The notes under the pieces: generated by a model
What the model was told of the DNA's origin: nothing
What the model saw: only the letters and a program-made list of their open reading frames with translations
Databases searched by the model: none
Translations under genes and position numbers: made by a program
Part shown: positions 16,825 to 26,968 of the stretch, piece by piece
Numbering within the stretch: position 1 is the stretch's first letter
How the letters are laid out: each line of letters opens with the position of its first letter
NCBI GenBank assembly: GCA_001821395.1
Contig: MHLM01000001.1
Span: 138,840 to 202,839, forward strand
From: Candidatus Lloydbacteria bacterium RIFCSPHIGHO2_02_FULL_50_18
GTDB lineage: Bacteria; Patescibacteriota; Minisyncoccia; Phycocordibacterales; UBA6899
Length of the DNA stretch: 64,000 nt
Direction: 5' to 3'

Positions 16825-18924
16825 CTAAATAGCACCACTCTTACATTGCTTACATAAGTCACGTACATTCTCGGGAACATAATCACACGACGGTGCGAGT
16901 TTGAAATTCTCGCAGACATTTGCGGGCATTCCGCCACCCGACGCGCCAGCAGGAGGCATCATACCGGTCGGAATTCCTGCGGGAAGCTCTCCGCTCTTTG
17001 GAACTCCCTCGGGACGATAACCTGCTTCGGGGATGCCCTCCTTAGGAATACCCGCTGGCATTCCGGCAGGTCTAAAACTCTGCATGCACTCAGCGATAAA
17101 CGGCTGTACGTCTTCCGGTCCTCGTATTGTAGAAACATCACCGATCTTCGACTTGATACAGTCACGCATTTCCGCTGGCGCCTGCTCGAGCATCTTATCC
17201 ATTATTGCAGTCGCATTAGCCGCACATGATTGAAATGCATTCCCCATGTCGGGAGAAAGCTCGATGCCGTCTCCATTCATGATCTTTTCTACGACATCTT
17301 TTCCAAGTTTCTCTTCGATACATGCGCGCATTTCCGGCGGCATCTTCTCAAGACCTTCGCGCGCCTGTTGCATTCCGCTCTCACGCATGGACTCAAAACA
17401 CTTTCTCACGATATCTCCGCTTTGCGCATCCATTTCCCCACCCGAAAGCATCTTATCGAGCCCGCTCGACCCAAGCCCTTTTTCGATACAGGCTTTTGCC
17501 TCGGGTGTTGCGATATCCATCGCTGCACTTATCTTTTCTTTTATCTTAGGCATCATATCTGCCATGCAACCCTTGATCAACTGACCCATATTTTGTGTGG
17601 GCATGAACGTACCTTCTGATATCTTTGCCAGCGCTTCTTCTCCTAATTTTTCCTTTAGGCATACACGCGCTTCTTCAGGAAGCTGCGGCAAACCGGCACG
17701 CAATTGACCCATTCCATCTTTGATCTCTTTCAATTGCTCGGCTGGAATGAGGCCATACTTTTCGGCAAACTTAAAACATTCTTCCTGGTGCGACGTATCA
17801 TTACAATACGCCTCACAAGTTTCACGAGAACGGCACCCACCGGGACCCTCTCCGCCGGTCTTCCTCGCCATCTCGGCATCTTCCTTTGAAATGAGCCCTG
17901 CTTTCTCGGCGAAGTTCACACATTCATCGGCATGATCACTTTCGGAACAATATGCTTCACAAAGCGCTTTTGTTGTGCACTTTCCGGGAGTTTCACCCGA
18001 CTTCATAAATGGGAGTACTCTGCGCGACTCTGCGACATCTTTTGGATCAATGAACCCTGCTTTCTCGGCAAACGTGAGACATTCATCAGCATGGGTCGTA
18101 TCAGCGCAATATGATTCACATGATTTTTTGTCTGTGCAGCCACCCGGAAGCGTCGCGCCTTCTGCAAGTACTCTGGATATCCGTTTCGCGTCCTGCAATA
18201 CATCTTTCGGTATCAGGTTGTGTCGTTCTGCAAATAAGAGGCATTCATCCAAATGCGCGACTCCATTGCAGTACGCCTCGCATGTTTTTTGGTCCTTACA
18301 TGCACCGGGACCGTCTCCTCGGAGAACATCGGCAAACTCCCTCGCGCGAGCAGCCTCTTCCTTTGAGATCATGCCATTTTCTTCCGCATAATCCGTACAC
18401 GCTACGATGTGCGCCTTGTCATCACAGTACGTCTTGCAGGACGACTGGTCCTTACAATTTCCGAGCTTAGTGATGGGAAATTTATTCTTCTCAGTTTCCG
18501 ATCGCTGCAGATGCCCGACCGCACCAAACACACTATCGGTCACGACACCGTCATTGGTGAACGTATACACGCGCCCCCACAAATTCAACCTCATATCATC
18601 GGGACGCTGCGTCTGATACGAAGTGGAATATATCCCTTTTGTACCCTCGTTGAAACCACTGACGCTCCAGTTCATGTCGGCGGCAGTGTATCGAATCGTA
18701 TATATTTTTCCTGCCATGAGCGTTCCCATGGGGTCGCTCGAACCCTTCCAGCCGGAATCATCAAAATTGGCTGTATCAAAATTCACGTAAAATGTTTTTC
18801 CCGACTTGATGTACGACTGCCATGGCCCGAGTTCGGGTGCCGCAAACGCAACGATCACCGAGCTCATGAATATTCCCGCACAAACGATCAGCACTGCAAT
18901 GTGTCCTGCGAGCACATTCTTCAT
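16825..18924 (-). CDS. secreted cysteine-rich repeat protein (five tandem Cx5-6Cx3Cx7-8C...ECxxFAEKxGLI modules, then helical Cys-containing repeats)
   Basis: Signal peptide MKNVLAGHIAVLIVCAGIFMSSVIVAFAAPE, N-terminal beta-rich region, then repeats GxCKDQxxCExYCxxxxHxxECxxFAEKxGLIxxxD. Tracker ORF extends upstream to 19107; start at 18924 (alternative 18939) preferred. Confidence 0.6.
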   Translation of the reverse strand: MKNVLAGHIAVLIVCAGIFMSSVIVAFAAPELGPWQSYIKSGKTFYVNFDTANFDDSGWKGSSDPMGTLMAGKIYTIRYTAADMNWSVSGFNEGTKGIYSTSYQTQRPDDMRLNLWGRVYTFTNDGVVTDSVFGAVGHLQRSETEKNKFPITKLGNCKDQSSCKTYCDDKAHIVACTDYAEENGMISKEEAARAREFADVLRGDGPGACKDQKTCEAYCNGVAHLDECLLFAERHNLIPKDVLQDAKRISRVLAEGATLPGGCTDKKSCESYCADTTHADECLTFAEKAGFIDPKDVAESRRVLPFMKSGETPGKCTTKALCEAYCSESDHADECVNFAEKAGLISKEDAEMARKTGGEGPGGCRSRETCEAYCNDTSHQEECFKFAEKYGLIPAEQLKEIKDGMGQLRAGLPQLPEEARVCLKEKLGEEALAKISEGTFMPTQNMGQLIKGCMADMMPKIKEKISAAMDIATPEAKACIEKGLGSSGLDKMLSGGEMDAQSGDIVRKCFESMRESGMQQAREGLEKMPPEMRACIEEKLGKDVVEKIMNGDGIELSPDMGNAFQSCAANATAIMDKMLEQAPAEMRDCIKSKIGDVSTIRGPEDVQPFIAECMQSFRPAGMPAGIPKEGIPEAGYRPEGVPKSGELPAGIPTGMMPPAGASGGGMPANVCENFKLAPSCDYVPENVRDLCKQCKSGAI

Positions 18925-18943
18925 GTGAAAATTTTTCATATCG

Positions 18944-19231
18944 CTAGAAAGGATTCTGATAAGTGTCGGTATACGGATTGACCGTTTTTTCGAACGGATT
19001 CGTATCAGGCATCTTTTCGACTGGATTGGATGCACCAGTTTTTTGATAAATATCTCCACCAAAAGATTCGGCGGGTACCGCCTCTGCCGGTGTGGCATTT
19101 GTATCACTTCCTGATAATGTGTTGTCGGTCCCCTTTTGAGAAGTACCGAAATAAAACCAAAACATAAACCCTAAAATGACGGCGAACACGAGCGCGGCAA
19201 GCGCAAGTAGTACATTTTTTTTCATGATCAA
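18944..19231 (-). CDS. small secreted or membrane-anchored hypothetical protein
   Basis: MIMKKNVLLALAALVFAVILGF signal anchor. A8 tract within codons 4-6. Confidence 0.4.
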   Translation of the reverse strand: MIMKKNVLLALAALVFAVILGFMFWFYFGTSQKGTDNTLSGSDTNATPAEAVPAESFGGDIYQKTGASNPVEKMPDTNPFEKTVNPYTDTYQNPF

Positions 19232-19387
19232 ATTTTATCATATCAAAAAGTATAGTGCGAACAGCCGGACTCCACTATGTCGTACCTGATCGACAACATA
19301 TCGTTACAGAGACACATCTTTACCAGGATCTCGATCATCAATTCAAAACGATGAGCTGTGACCATAATGACCCAGCGACTCTGCTCA

Positions 19388-19419
19388 AAGAAAAACCGGC
19401 GTTCGCCGGTTTTTCTTTA
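19388..19419. terminator. intrinsic terminator downstream of clpB
   Basis: AAAGAAAAACCGGCGTTCGCCGGTTTTTCTTT. Confidence 0.6.
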
Positions 19420-22104
19420 TTACACCTTCACATTGGACTTCACTCTCACTTTTGAGCGAATGGGTTCTCTCTTTTTGTCCACCTTGATGTCGATCTCTTC
19501 GCCTTTCATTCCGACAGTGACTAACCCCCCGGACATCATACGTTCTCTGATGATCGCTGAAGCGACCGGAGTGAGGATCTTGTCTTGGATCAGTCTGCGA
19601 AGCGGCCGCGCACCATACTGCGGATTGTATCCGGCCTTTGCAAGATAGCCGAGCGCATCATTCGAGATGACCAGCTTGATTTCTTTCGTGAGCAATCGTT
19701 CACGAAGTTTTTCAACCTGTAGCGTGACAATATTCTTCAGCGCTTCAGGAGAAAGAATATCAAACATGATGATGTCATCGAGACGATTCAGAAACTCGGG
19801 TCTGAAGTAATCTTTCAACCGAAGCATCACCTTGTCCTTGGTCTGGGTATATTCCTCCGCATCGTTCGCATTACCAAAGCCGATCGTCTGCATCTTGTCG
19901 ATGAATTCGCTTCCGATATTGGAAGTCATCACAATGACGGTATTCTTAAAGTTGACAACGCGACCCTTGGAATCAGTGAGTCGTCCATCGTCTAAGACTT
20001 GAAGCAGGATGTTGAATACCTCAGGATGGGCTTTTTCTATTTCGTCGAAAAGAATGACGGAGTACGGGCGATGGCGCACCATTTCAGTCAAATTGCCTGA
20101 CTCTTCATAGCCCACATAGCCGGGAGGAGCTCCGATCAGCTTGGAAACGGCAAATTTCTCCATGTATTCGGACATATCAACACGGATCATCGACTTCTCA
20201 TCGTCGAAGAGAAATCCCGTAAGCGCCTTGGTAAGTTCGGTCTTACCGACTCCTGTTGGACCCAAAAAGAGGAACGATCCAATCGGTCGACCCGGGTCGG
20301 CGATGCCGACACGCGAACGCTTGATAGCATCGGCGATCTTTTGGATGGCCGCATCCTGCCCGACCACGCGCTTGCGCAGCTCGTCCTCGATGCGGTTCAG
20401 CTTGGATGCCTCTTCCTCAAGCATGCGCGACAAAGGAACTCCGGTCCATTTCGAAACAACTTTGGCGATGTCCGGCTCGGTCACCTCCTCGTGCAATATC
20501 CGCCGTGAGCTTTGCAATTTTTTTAACTTGGCGGTTTTCTCGATCAGCGATTTTTCCAGTGCGGGAATTTTCCCATAACGGATCTCTGCCGCCTTCGCAA
20601 GATCACTACGCAATTCAGCATTTTCAGCCTCGAGTCGAAATGTTTCAAGCTCTTTTTTGATATTGCGGAGTGCTAACACAAGCTCTTTTTCATTCTTCCA
20701 TTTTAATTCAAATTCACGCGTTTCTTCTTTGAGATCAGCAATCTCCTTGCTGATGATCTTCATGCGGTCCTTTGCCTTTTTCCCCGCAGCGCCTTCGGAC
20801 TCCTGTTTCAAGGCTTCATTTTCAATTTCCAGGCGCATGATCTTGCGATGTGTCTGCTCAAGGATCGTTGGCTTGTTTTCCAATTCGATGCGCAGTGACG
20901 ATGCGGCTTCGTCGATAAGATCGACCGCCTTGTCGGGAAGAAAACGATCGGAGATATAACGGCTCGACAGATTCACTGCCGCCAAGATAGAGTCATCGGT
21001 GATCTTCACGCCGTGAAATATCTCGTATTTCTCCTTGAGTCCGCGCAAAATAGCCACCGCATCCTCGATCGAGGGTTCGTTGATATAGACCGGCTGAAAA
21101 CGTCGCGTAAGCGCCGGGTCCTTTTCGATATATTTTTGATACTCCTTAAGTGTGGTCGCACCGATCGCGCGAAGTTCCCCTCGCGCAAGTGCAGGTTTCA
21201 GCATATTTGAGGCATCCATTGCCCCTTCTGCCGCACCGGCTCCGACGATAGTATGGATCTCATCGATGAAAAGAATGATCTTTCCTTCAGACCTCTCGAT
21301 CTCCTTCATGATGGCCTTCAGGCGCTCCTCGAATTCTCCGCGGTATTTCGTACCCGCGATCAGGAGACCAAGATCAAGTGAAACAAGCTCCTTATCCCGC
21401 AAAAATTCGGGAATATCTCCTTTTGCGATACGTTGTGCAAGACCCTCAACGGCTGCGGTCTTTCCCGTTCCTGCCTCACCGATGAGTATGGGATTATTTT
21501 TTGTACGACGAGAAAGAATCTGAATGATACGGCTGATCTCTTCGTCTCGGCCAACGACGGGATCGAGCTTGTCTTCCTTGGCAAGCTTCGTGAGCGAGCG
21601 CGTGTACTTTCCGATAGCGCGCATTTTCTTTTGCCCTTCGCCTTCGCCATTTCCGCTATCACGCAGCTCATAGAGTACGCGCAAAACACTTTCTTTATCG
21701 ATGCGAAATTTCGCTATGATCTCCTGCGCACCTGACGGGACGTTCATGAGCGAAAGAAAAAGATGCTCGGTTGAAATGAATTGATCGCTCAACTCCTTTG
21801 CAACCGCTTGCGACGCTTCAAGTGCTTGTGCGAGCTCGGGAGTAAGATACAGCTGATAGGACGAGGCGGTCTGACTGCTCGGCTGATTTCCCTCCTCAAG
21901 AGTCTCGATGATCGTCTCCGTCATGATGACGGGATCGATATCGAGCTTCTCGAGAATAGACAGAACCATACTCTCATCCTGGAGCACAAGACCCGCCAAA
22001 AGATGGACTGGTGTGACATGAGTCTGCCCACGCTCAATGGCGAGCTCGTGGGCACGCCTAATCGCATCTCTCGCTTTTGTGGTGAAATTATTGAATGGTG
22101 GCAT
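19420..22104 (-). CDS. clpB: ATP-dependent chaperone ClpB
   Basis: Two AAA+ modules ([16 protein letters not shown]), middle coiled-coil domain, N-terminal Clp_N repeats. Confidence 0.93.
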   Translation of the reverse strand: MPPFNNFTTKARDAIRRAHELAIERGQTHVTPVHLLAGLVLQDESMVLSILEKLDIDPVIMTETIIETLEEGNQPSSQTASSYQLYLTPELAQALEASQAVAKELSDQFISTEHLFLSLMNVPSGAQEIIAKFRIDKESVLRVLYELRDSGNGEGEGQKKMRAIGKYTRSLTKLAKEDKLDPVVGRDEEISRIIQILSRRTKNNPILIGEAGTGKTAAVEGLAQRIAKGDIPEFLRDKELVSLDLGLLIAGTKYRGEFEERLKAIMKEIERSEGKIILFIDEIHTIVGAGAAEGAMDASNMLKPALARGELRAIGATTLKEYQKYIEKDPALTRRFQPVYINEPSIEDAVAILRGLKEKYEIFHGVKITDDSILAAVNLSSRYISDRFLPDKAVDLIDEAASSLRIELENKPTILEQTHRKIMRLEIENEALKQESEGAAGKKAKDRMKIISKEIADLKEETREFELKWKNEKELVLALRNIKKELETFRLEAENAELRSDLAKAAEIRYGKIPALEKSLIEKTAKLKKLQSSRRILHEEVTEPDIAKVVSKWTGVPLSRMLEEEASKLNRIEDELRKRVVGQDAAIQKIADAIKRSRVGIADPGRPIGSFLFLGPTGVGKTELTKALTGFLFDDEKSMIRVDMSEYMEKFAVSKLIGAPPGYVGYEESGNLTEMVRHRPYSVILFDEIEKAHPEVFNILLQVLDDGRLTDSKGRVVNFKNTVIVMTSNIGSEFIDKMQTIGFGNANDAEEYTQTKDKVMLRLKDYFRPEFLNRLDDIIMFDILSPEALKNIVTLQVEKLRERLLTKEIKLVISNDALGYLAKAGYNPQYGARPLRRLIQDKILTPVASAIIRERMMSGGLVTVGMKGEEIDIKVDKKREPIRSKVRVKSNVKV

Positions 22105-22178
22105 ATGAGTTTACGGTTGAATATAATACTTTTTGTCTGATAACCGCTACAATACAATATATCTTTCTATTGTCAACA

Positions 22179-23090
22179 CTACGATGCGCTCACGATATCC
22201 TTGGGTTCCCCCGAAGTGGGTGTGGACTGTGCAACACCTGATGAAACTGCGGTAACAAGCTCAAGGATGCGCGATGCCGGATAGATTGCCAGACCTGTCC
22301 CCACCAGAGGATTCACCACAATACCAACCGCCTGTGCATCGAGATTGACCACGAGAGCGCCGGCATAATCCTCCGGAATCTTTGGATTCGTGTCTATCGC
22401 GGTGACGTGGTCGGGGGTCGTCGTGCTTTCGCTTTTCGTATAATGGAATTTCGAAAGTGTCCCCTTAAAAACCCCCGCTCCGTCCGCTCCACCCAACGCA
22501 ATGATCGTTTGCGCTATTTTCGCATCAGTCTGCCGCCCAAAGGTCACGGAATCGAATATATCGGAAGGTATCGTGTCACTGATCTTGAGCAACGCGAGCG
22601 GAGTCTTCCCGATCGCATCGTGCTTGATCGGTACCGCCAGATAGGATCTCTCTCCGATGGTAATGCGATAGCTGGCGAGTACAACAGACTCAACGGAGAT
22701 GCTCTTTTGGTCTGCAACAATCACACCATCACGAGATACCACAAATCCCGTTGCGAGCGGAGGAGTGCCTGTCGCCTCTGCCGCAGCAAAGATGAGCGCG
22801 ATACGAGGCTGATTTTTTTCCACAGCAGCAACAATAAAATCGTCTTCCTTGGCATAGATGGTTACCTCCTTCGTGATAGTTGTGACCGGCCTTACCGTCG
22901 AACTTTCCGGGGTACTCGATCCTGTTACGACACGTTCGATCGTGCGCTCTACTACGCGATTGACTGTTTGCGTCAGCGTCGGCGGTGCCTCTTCGAGCAT
23001 AGCAACGGTGATCACTCCCGTGCCAACAGAAACCACGAATGAGGTAAGCATCGTGAGAAGGATCATCTGTTTGTTATTGAGCTCATCCAT
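22179..23090 (-). CDS. membrane-anchored trypsin/HtrA-like protease homolog with the catalytic-serine motif apparently replaced (DYAGALVVNLDAQAVGIV instead of GNSGGALVNL)
   Basis: N-terminal TM, then trypsin-fold-like region whose alignment to the HtrA GNSGGxLVNxxGxxIGI block places Ala at the Ser position. Confidence 0.45.
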   Translation of the reverse strand: MDELNNKQMILLTMLTSFVVSVGTGVITVAMLEEAPPTLTQTVNRVVERTIERVVTGSSTPESSTVRPVTTITKEVTIYAKEDDFIVAAVEKNQPRIALIFAAAEATGTPPLATGFVVSRDGVIVADQKSISVESVVLASYRITIGERSYLAVPIKHDAIGKTPLALLKISDTIPSDIFDSVTFGRQTDAKIAQTIIALGGADGAGVFKGTLSKFHYTKSESTTTPDHVTAIDTNPKIPEDYAGALVVNLDAQAVGIVVNPLVGTGLAIYPASRILELVTAVSSGVAQSTPTSGEPKDIVSAS

Positions 23091-23174
23091 GAGAACAGTA
23101 TATCGTATTATAAATAAAGTATCGAGTACAAAAATCCGCCCCCATGGTGGGACGGCTTATGCTAAAAAGACAGC

Positions 23175-23750
23175 CTAGAGACGACGAGAAACGACTTCCC
23201 AGTCGATCGAAGCCCAGAATGCCTCAATATAATCAGCACGCTTTACCCCGTAATCAAGCACGAACGCATGTTCAAAAACATCCATCACCAAAAGCGGTGT
23301 CGCGCCGGCCAAATGCCCCGTATCGTGTTCATTGATCCATACGTTGAAGAGCGCATCGGACTCCTTATCGTGAACGAGCATTGCCCAACCAATACCTCGC
23401 ATTGCACCCGTAGCCTTGAAATCTTTTTCCCATGCACCCACACTTCCCCAGGTTGAGATAATCTTTTGCATGAGAGGATGCCCTTCGGCTATCATCTTTC
23501 CCATGGAAGCCATATTTCCGAAATAAAGTTCGTGCAAACGCATGCCATCATACTCCCACCCGAATCTCCGCTTGAGTTCAGCATATTCGGGAGTTGTGAA
23601 TGCTCCATCTGCAGATAATGAATTTAATTTCTCAACAAGCGCATTCGTATTCTTGACATAACCCTCATAGAGACCAAAATGATTTTTCAGTAATGCGTCG
23701 CTAAAACCCTTTGTCCCCAAAAGATACTCGAACTTTTTTGCTGTGTACAT
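23175..23750 (-). CDS. sodA: superoxide dismutase (Fe/Mn family)
   Basis: Metal ligands in conserved context (HH..Y.., DVWEHAY-like: DVFEHAFVLDYG). Confidence 0.87.
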   Translation of the reverse strand: MYTAKKFEYLLGTKGFSDALLKNHFGLYEGYVKNTNALVEKLNSLSADGAFTTPEYAELKRRFGWEYDGMRLHELYFGNMASMGKMIAEGHPLMQKIISTWGSVGAWEKDFKATGAMRGIGWAMLVHDKESDALFNVWINEHDTGHLAGATPLLVMDVFEHAFVLDYGVKRADYIEAFWASIDWEVVSRRL

Positions 23751-23803
23751 AATTGCTCTGTTAATTATAAAAATATTTTAATGATCATACCGATTCTAAC
23801 ATA

Positions 23804-24553
23804 CTATTCGGTCATGACTTTTCCCCACAATTCGCGATCAAGACTTTCTTTCCCGTGTGTCAAAATAAAATAATTAAGGTACATGAACGGGATGTTGAGC
23901 AATCCCACGACCCACTTGAGTACGAGCTGCCCCCAGATCAGCGCCAACATAAGTTCCATACTCACACCAACATATGCAATAAAAACAAAAAGCACACTAT
24001 CAATCGTTAGTGCGGGAATCGTCGAGATAACGTTGCGTAACCATAAATGTTTTCCATGGGTACGTTCTTTGAACCACGCATAGATATACGCATCGATATT
24101 TTCCGAGATGAAAAAGGCGACCCATGATGCGATGGTCATCTGGGGAACAACGACAAAGAGGCTATCCCAATATTTTCCTTGTTCACTCCAAAACGGATGA
24201 GGTTCGAACTGTGCACCAAGCCAGAGAAAGAAGACCATCGCCATCTGAGCAATGAGCGCAATGAAGATCATGCGCTGCGTTGCCTTGCGTCCGAATCGTT
24301 CATTGACGATATCGGTAAGCAGAAATGTCACAGAAAATACCAATACTCCCGCTGAGGTGGTGAACAAACCCATGCTGCCGAGATCGAACGAAGCAACTTT
24401 GGTCGCGAGTATTTGTGACATCAGTACGAACGCAACGTACAGTCCGACCAAGAGGTCCGAACTTCCCAGCCTGCGTGCATACAAGCTTCCGAGCAACGTA
24501 AAGCTCGTTACTCCTATGACCCAATACGCAAAAAGAGGAATCAGCATATGCAA
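23804..24553 (-). CDS. queuosine-precursor transporter-like membrane protein (YhhQ/DUF165 family)
   Basis: 249-aa polytopic protein. Conserved TxDxxNExFG-like block (LTDIVNERFGRKAT). Confidence 0.55.
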   Translation of the reverse strand: MHMLIPLFAYWVIGVTSFTLLGSLYARRLGSSDLLVGLYVAFVLMSQILATKVASFDLGSMGLFTTSAGVLVFSVTFLLTDIVNERFGRKATQRMIFIALIAQMAMVFFLWLGAQFEPHPFWSEQGKYWDSLFVVVPQMTIASWVAFFISENIDAYIYAWFKERTHGKHLWLRNVISTIPALTIDSVLFVFIAYVGVSMELMLALIWGQLVLKWVVGLLNIPFMYLNYFILTHGKESLDRELWGKVMTE

Positions 24554-24567
24554 CCATTATACGATTC

Positions 24568-25782
24568 CTATACCAATGCAACAACGAGTGTTTTACGGAT
24601 CTCCAGAAGCGCGAAAAGAAAGAGGTCGATATCTTTTTTTGTTGTGCTCCGCCCAAGACTGATGCGCAGACCGCTTGGCTCTCCGTCATGCCCTGCGGCC
24701 TGAAGCGCCATCAGTACGTGAGAATGTTCCGCATCTGCTTCATTGCATGCACTCTTGGTTGAAACGGCTATACCCTTCGCATCGAGTGCGATCGTAACAA
24801 ATTCATGATCGGCACCACGGAGAGCAATATTTATATTATTGGGAAGTCGTGACGTAAGACTGCCGTTAATGGTCACATCTTCCTGCGTTTGAAGTTCCGC
24901 GATCAAATAATCTTGAAGTTGCATGAGGCGGTCGCATTCATTCCTTCTTTCGGACGCAGCGATCCGTAGCGCCTCCGCGAATCCGACGATGAGCGGAATG
25001 TTCTCAGTCCCTGCACGTAATCCCCTCTCCTGACCTCCACCCGTGATCAACGGATAAACGGGGATCGTTCGTCCGACAAAAAGGAGCCCAATCCCCTTCG
25101 GTCCGTAAATTTTTGCCGCATTCAATGTCATAAGATCGACGCCAAGCTGCGGAACTCGAAGCTCAAGATAATTTGTCGCCTGGCACGCATCGGTATGAAA
25201 CAGGGGGTAGCAATCATCGCCCTCCGCACGCACGTCGCGAGACGTCCCTCGTACTTCTTTTTTCCAATTGCGTATCGCACGTGCAATTGCTCGGATCGGC
25301 TGCACAACGCCGATCTCATTGTTCGCGTACCCGATTGAAATGATCACCGTATCCTTGGTTATCGCACGAAGCAATTCATCAATGTCGATAATACCCTCTT
25401 TATCAACGGAAATAATGGAAAGCGTTGCACCTTCCCTCTCCAATGCGCGTGCCGCAGCGAGCACGGCATCATGCTCGATCGCGCAGACGACAATATGAGG
25501 GGTTTGCTCGGGATGATTCTGCCTCCACGACATCACCGTTCCCCTGAGCGCCAAATTACAGGATTCTGTTGCACTTCCCGTGAAAATTATTTCATCGGCA
25601 TGCACCCCAAGTTCTTCTGCAATAGACCTTCGGGCATTCGCCATGGCACTCTTAGCAAGAACACCCTCCTCGTGGATCGATGATGGGTTACCGAACGTTT
25701 CTCCCCAGTATAGGGCCATTGCTTTCTGCACCTCGGTTGAGACAGGTGTCGCGGCGGCATGATCAAGATAAATGCGTTTCAT
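24568..25782 (-). CDS. cysteine desulfurase (class V aminotransferase, IscS/NifS-like)
   Basis: PLP-lysine region (LNAAKIYGPKGIG) and active-site Cys loop (STKSACN). Confidence 0.87.
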   Translation of the reverse strand: MKRIYLDHAAATPVSTEVQKAMALYWGETFGNPSSIHEEGVLAKSAMANARRSIAEELGVHADEIIFTGSATESCNLALRGTVMSWRQNHPEQTPHIVVCAIEHDAVLAAARALEREGATLSIISVDKEGIIDIDELLRAITKDTVIISIGYANNEIGVVQPIRAIARAIRNWKKEVRGTSRDVRAEGDDCYPLFHTDACQATNYLELRVPQLGVDLMTLNAAKIYGPKGIGLLFVGRTIPVYPLITGGGQERGLRAGTENIPLIVGFAEALRIAASERRNECDRLMQLQDYLIAELQTQEDVTINGSLTSRLPNNINIALRGADHEFVTIALDAKGIAVSTKSACNEADAEHSHVLMALQAAGHDGEPSGLRISLGRSTTKKDIDLFLFALLEIRKTLVVALV

Positions 25783-25876
25783 GTATTTTTCAGTCTATGA
25801 TGCAACGCCTTGTTTGACAATATATTTTGAATACGTAACCTGAGGCAAGGATACTTCTTTCATTTCAAGGAAATTT

Positions 25877-26134
25877 ATGATTTGGTCAATCGTGATTACG
25901 CTCGTGGTTGCACTTTGCGCAGGGTTCTGGCTCAAGTCCTCGGCACTTGCATGGCTTTCGGTATGCGCTGTCATCATCACGTTGATCCGCACCAACAAAA
26001 ACGGTGACGCGTTAGCATTTGTCTACGCAATTATCGCAATCATCATCGCGTGGACTACGTTCTATTTTTCGACATACCAGCACTGGGTCGGCGATCTCTT
26101 TGGATATTTTATGAAAGAGTTCGTACTTCGATGA
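25877..26134 (+). CDS. small hypothetical membrane protein
   Basis: 85 aa, three hydrophobic helices. Confidence 0.35.
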   Translation: MIWSIVITLVVALCAGFWLKSSALAWLSVCAVIITLIRTNKNGDALAFVYAIIAIIIAWTTFYFSTYQHWVGDLFGYFMKEFVLR

Positions 26135-26138
26135 GACA

Positions 26139-26170
26139 CGAGGACGGCATGCCGTCCTTTTTATTTTTTT
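26139..26170 (+). terminator. intrinsic terminator
   Basis: GAGGACGGCATGCCGTCCTTTTTATTTTTTT. Confidence 0.6.
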
Positions 26171-26189
26171 GCATAATAGTCCGCAGTTG

Positions 26190-26417
26190 ATAGCATTGGG
26201 GTAGGACAAAATAGTACGAGGAGTTTCAGTGAAAGCACTCAAAAGTGAGCGAGCAAAAAGGATATTGAGCGGCTGCAATGGTGCACACCAGGGGATGATG
26301 CGGACGCCCACACGCGGCGGGAGCGCAAAAGGTGAGTTTGATTGTCCGGTATGTCGTCAAACCTTCAGGTGGGTGAAGGTACCCAAAGCCAAGTAGCACC
26401 CGAAAGGGTGTTTTTTG
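26190..26417 (+). ncRNA. candidate small structured RNA of unknown class ending in an intrinsic terminator (CACCCGAAAGGGTGTTTTTT)
   Basis: About 230 nt GC-elevated non-coding stretch between two terminators and upstream of gene 26441. Overlapping tracker ORFs on the minus strand have no support. Class not identified by eye. Confidence 0.2.
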
Positions 26418-26440
26418 CAAATTTGGGAAGCTGGGCTATT

Positions 26441-26893
26441 ATGTACTGCATGACACCATCACTCATCACCATTGTAATTCTGGGAATAGCAATTATCGTC
26501 CTCGTTGTATGGCTTATCTTGCTCGAGCGACGCATTGCCAAACTCGTCGGAGGGAGTGACGCATCTTCACTCGAAGACACTATCACCAAGAATCAGAAAG
26601 ATCTCGGCGAACTGTTCGCATTCAAACAAGCGGTGGAAACCGAGATCAATGAGATCGACAAGCGAATGAAGAAAAAGCTTCACGGCGTGCGCATGCTCCG
26701 CTTCAACCCATTTCATGGCACCGGCTCCGGAGGAAACCAGAGCTTTGCCACTGCGTTTCTTGATGAAGAAGGCAACGGAGCAGTACTTTCTTCTCTCTAC
26801 TCACGTGAAAAGGTCAGCATTTTTGCAAAACCGGTTGTCAACCGAACATCTGAGTTCGAATTGAGCGAGGAAGAGAAAGAAGTACTCAAATAG
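26441..26893 (+). CDS. membrane-anchored hypothetical protein
   Basis: N-terminal TM (MYCMTPSLITIVILGIAIIVLVVWLILL), then a coiled-coil-like soluble domain. Confidence 0.45.
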   Translation: MYCMTPSLITIVILGIAIIVLVVWLILLERRIAKLVGGSDASSLEDTITKNQKDLGELFAFKQAVETEINEIDKRMKKKLHGVRMLRFNPFHGTGSGGNQSFATAFLDEEGNGAVLSSLYSREKVSIFAKPVVNRTSEFELSEEEKEVLK

Positions 26894-26968
26894 CTGAATA
26901 AGTTTGTTGTTGAGCCGTGGTTTCTCGACACTATTAATATTGTGTGGTAGTATCGCCATATTGCAATT

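Noticed and set aside
19420-22104. Numerous 60-150-aa ORFs on the opposite strand of clpB (and likewise inside gyrA, topA, infB and the surface-protein genes)
   Set aside because: These are typical antisense shadow ORFs inside long, well-supported genes. None has independent evidence.
26012-26420. Minus-strand ORFs 26012..26311 and 26226..26420
   Set aside because: They overlap each other and an intrinsic terminator, and have no signal of coding periodicity. The region is better explained as non-coding (possible sRNA).
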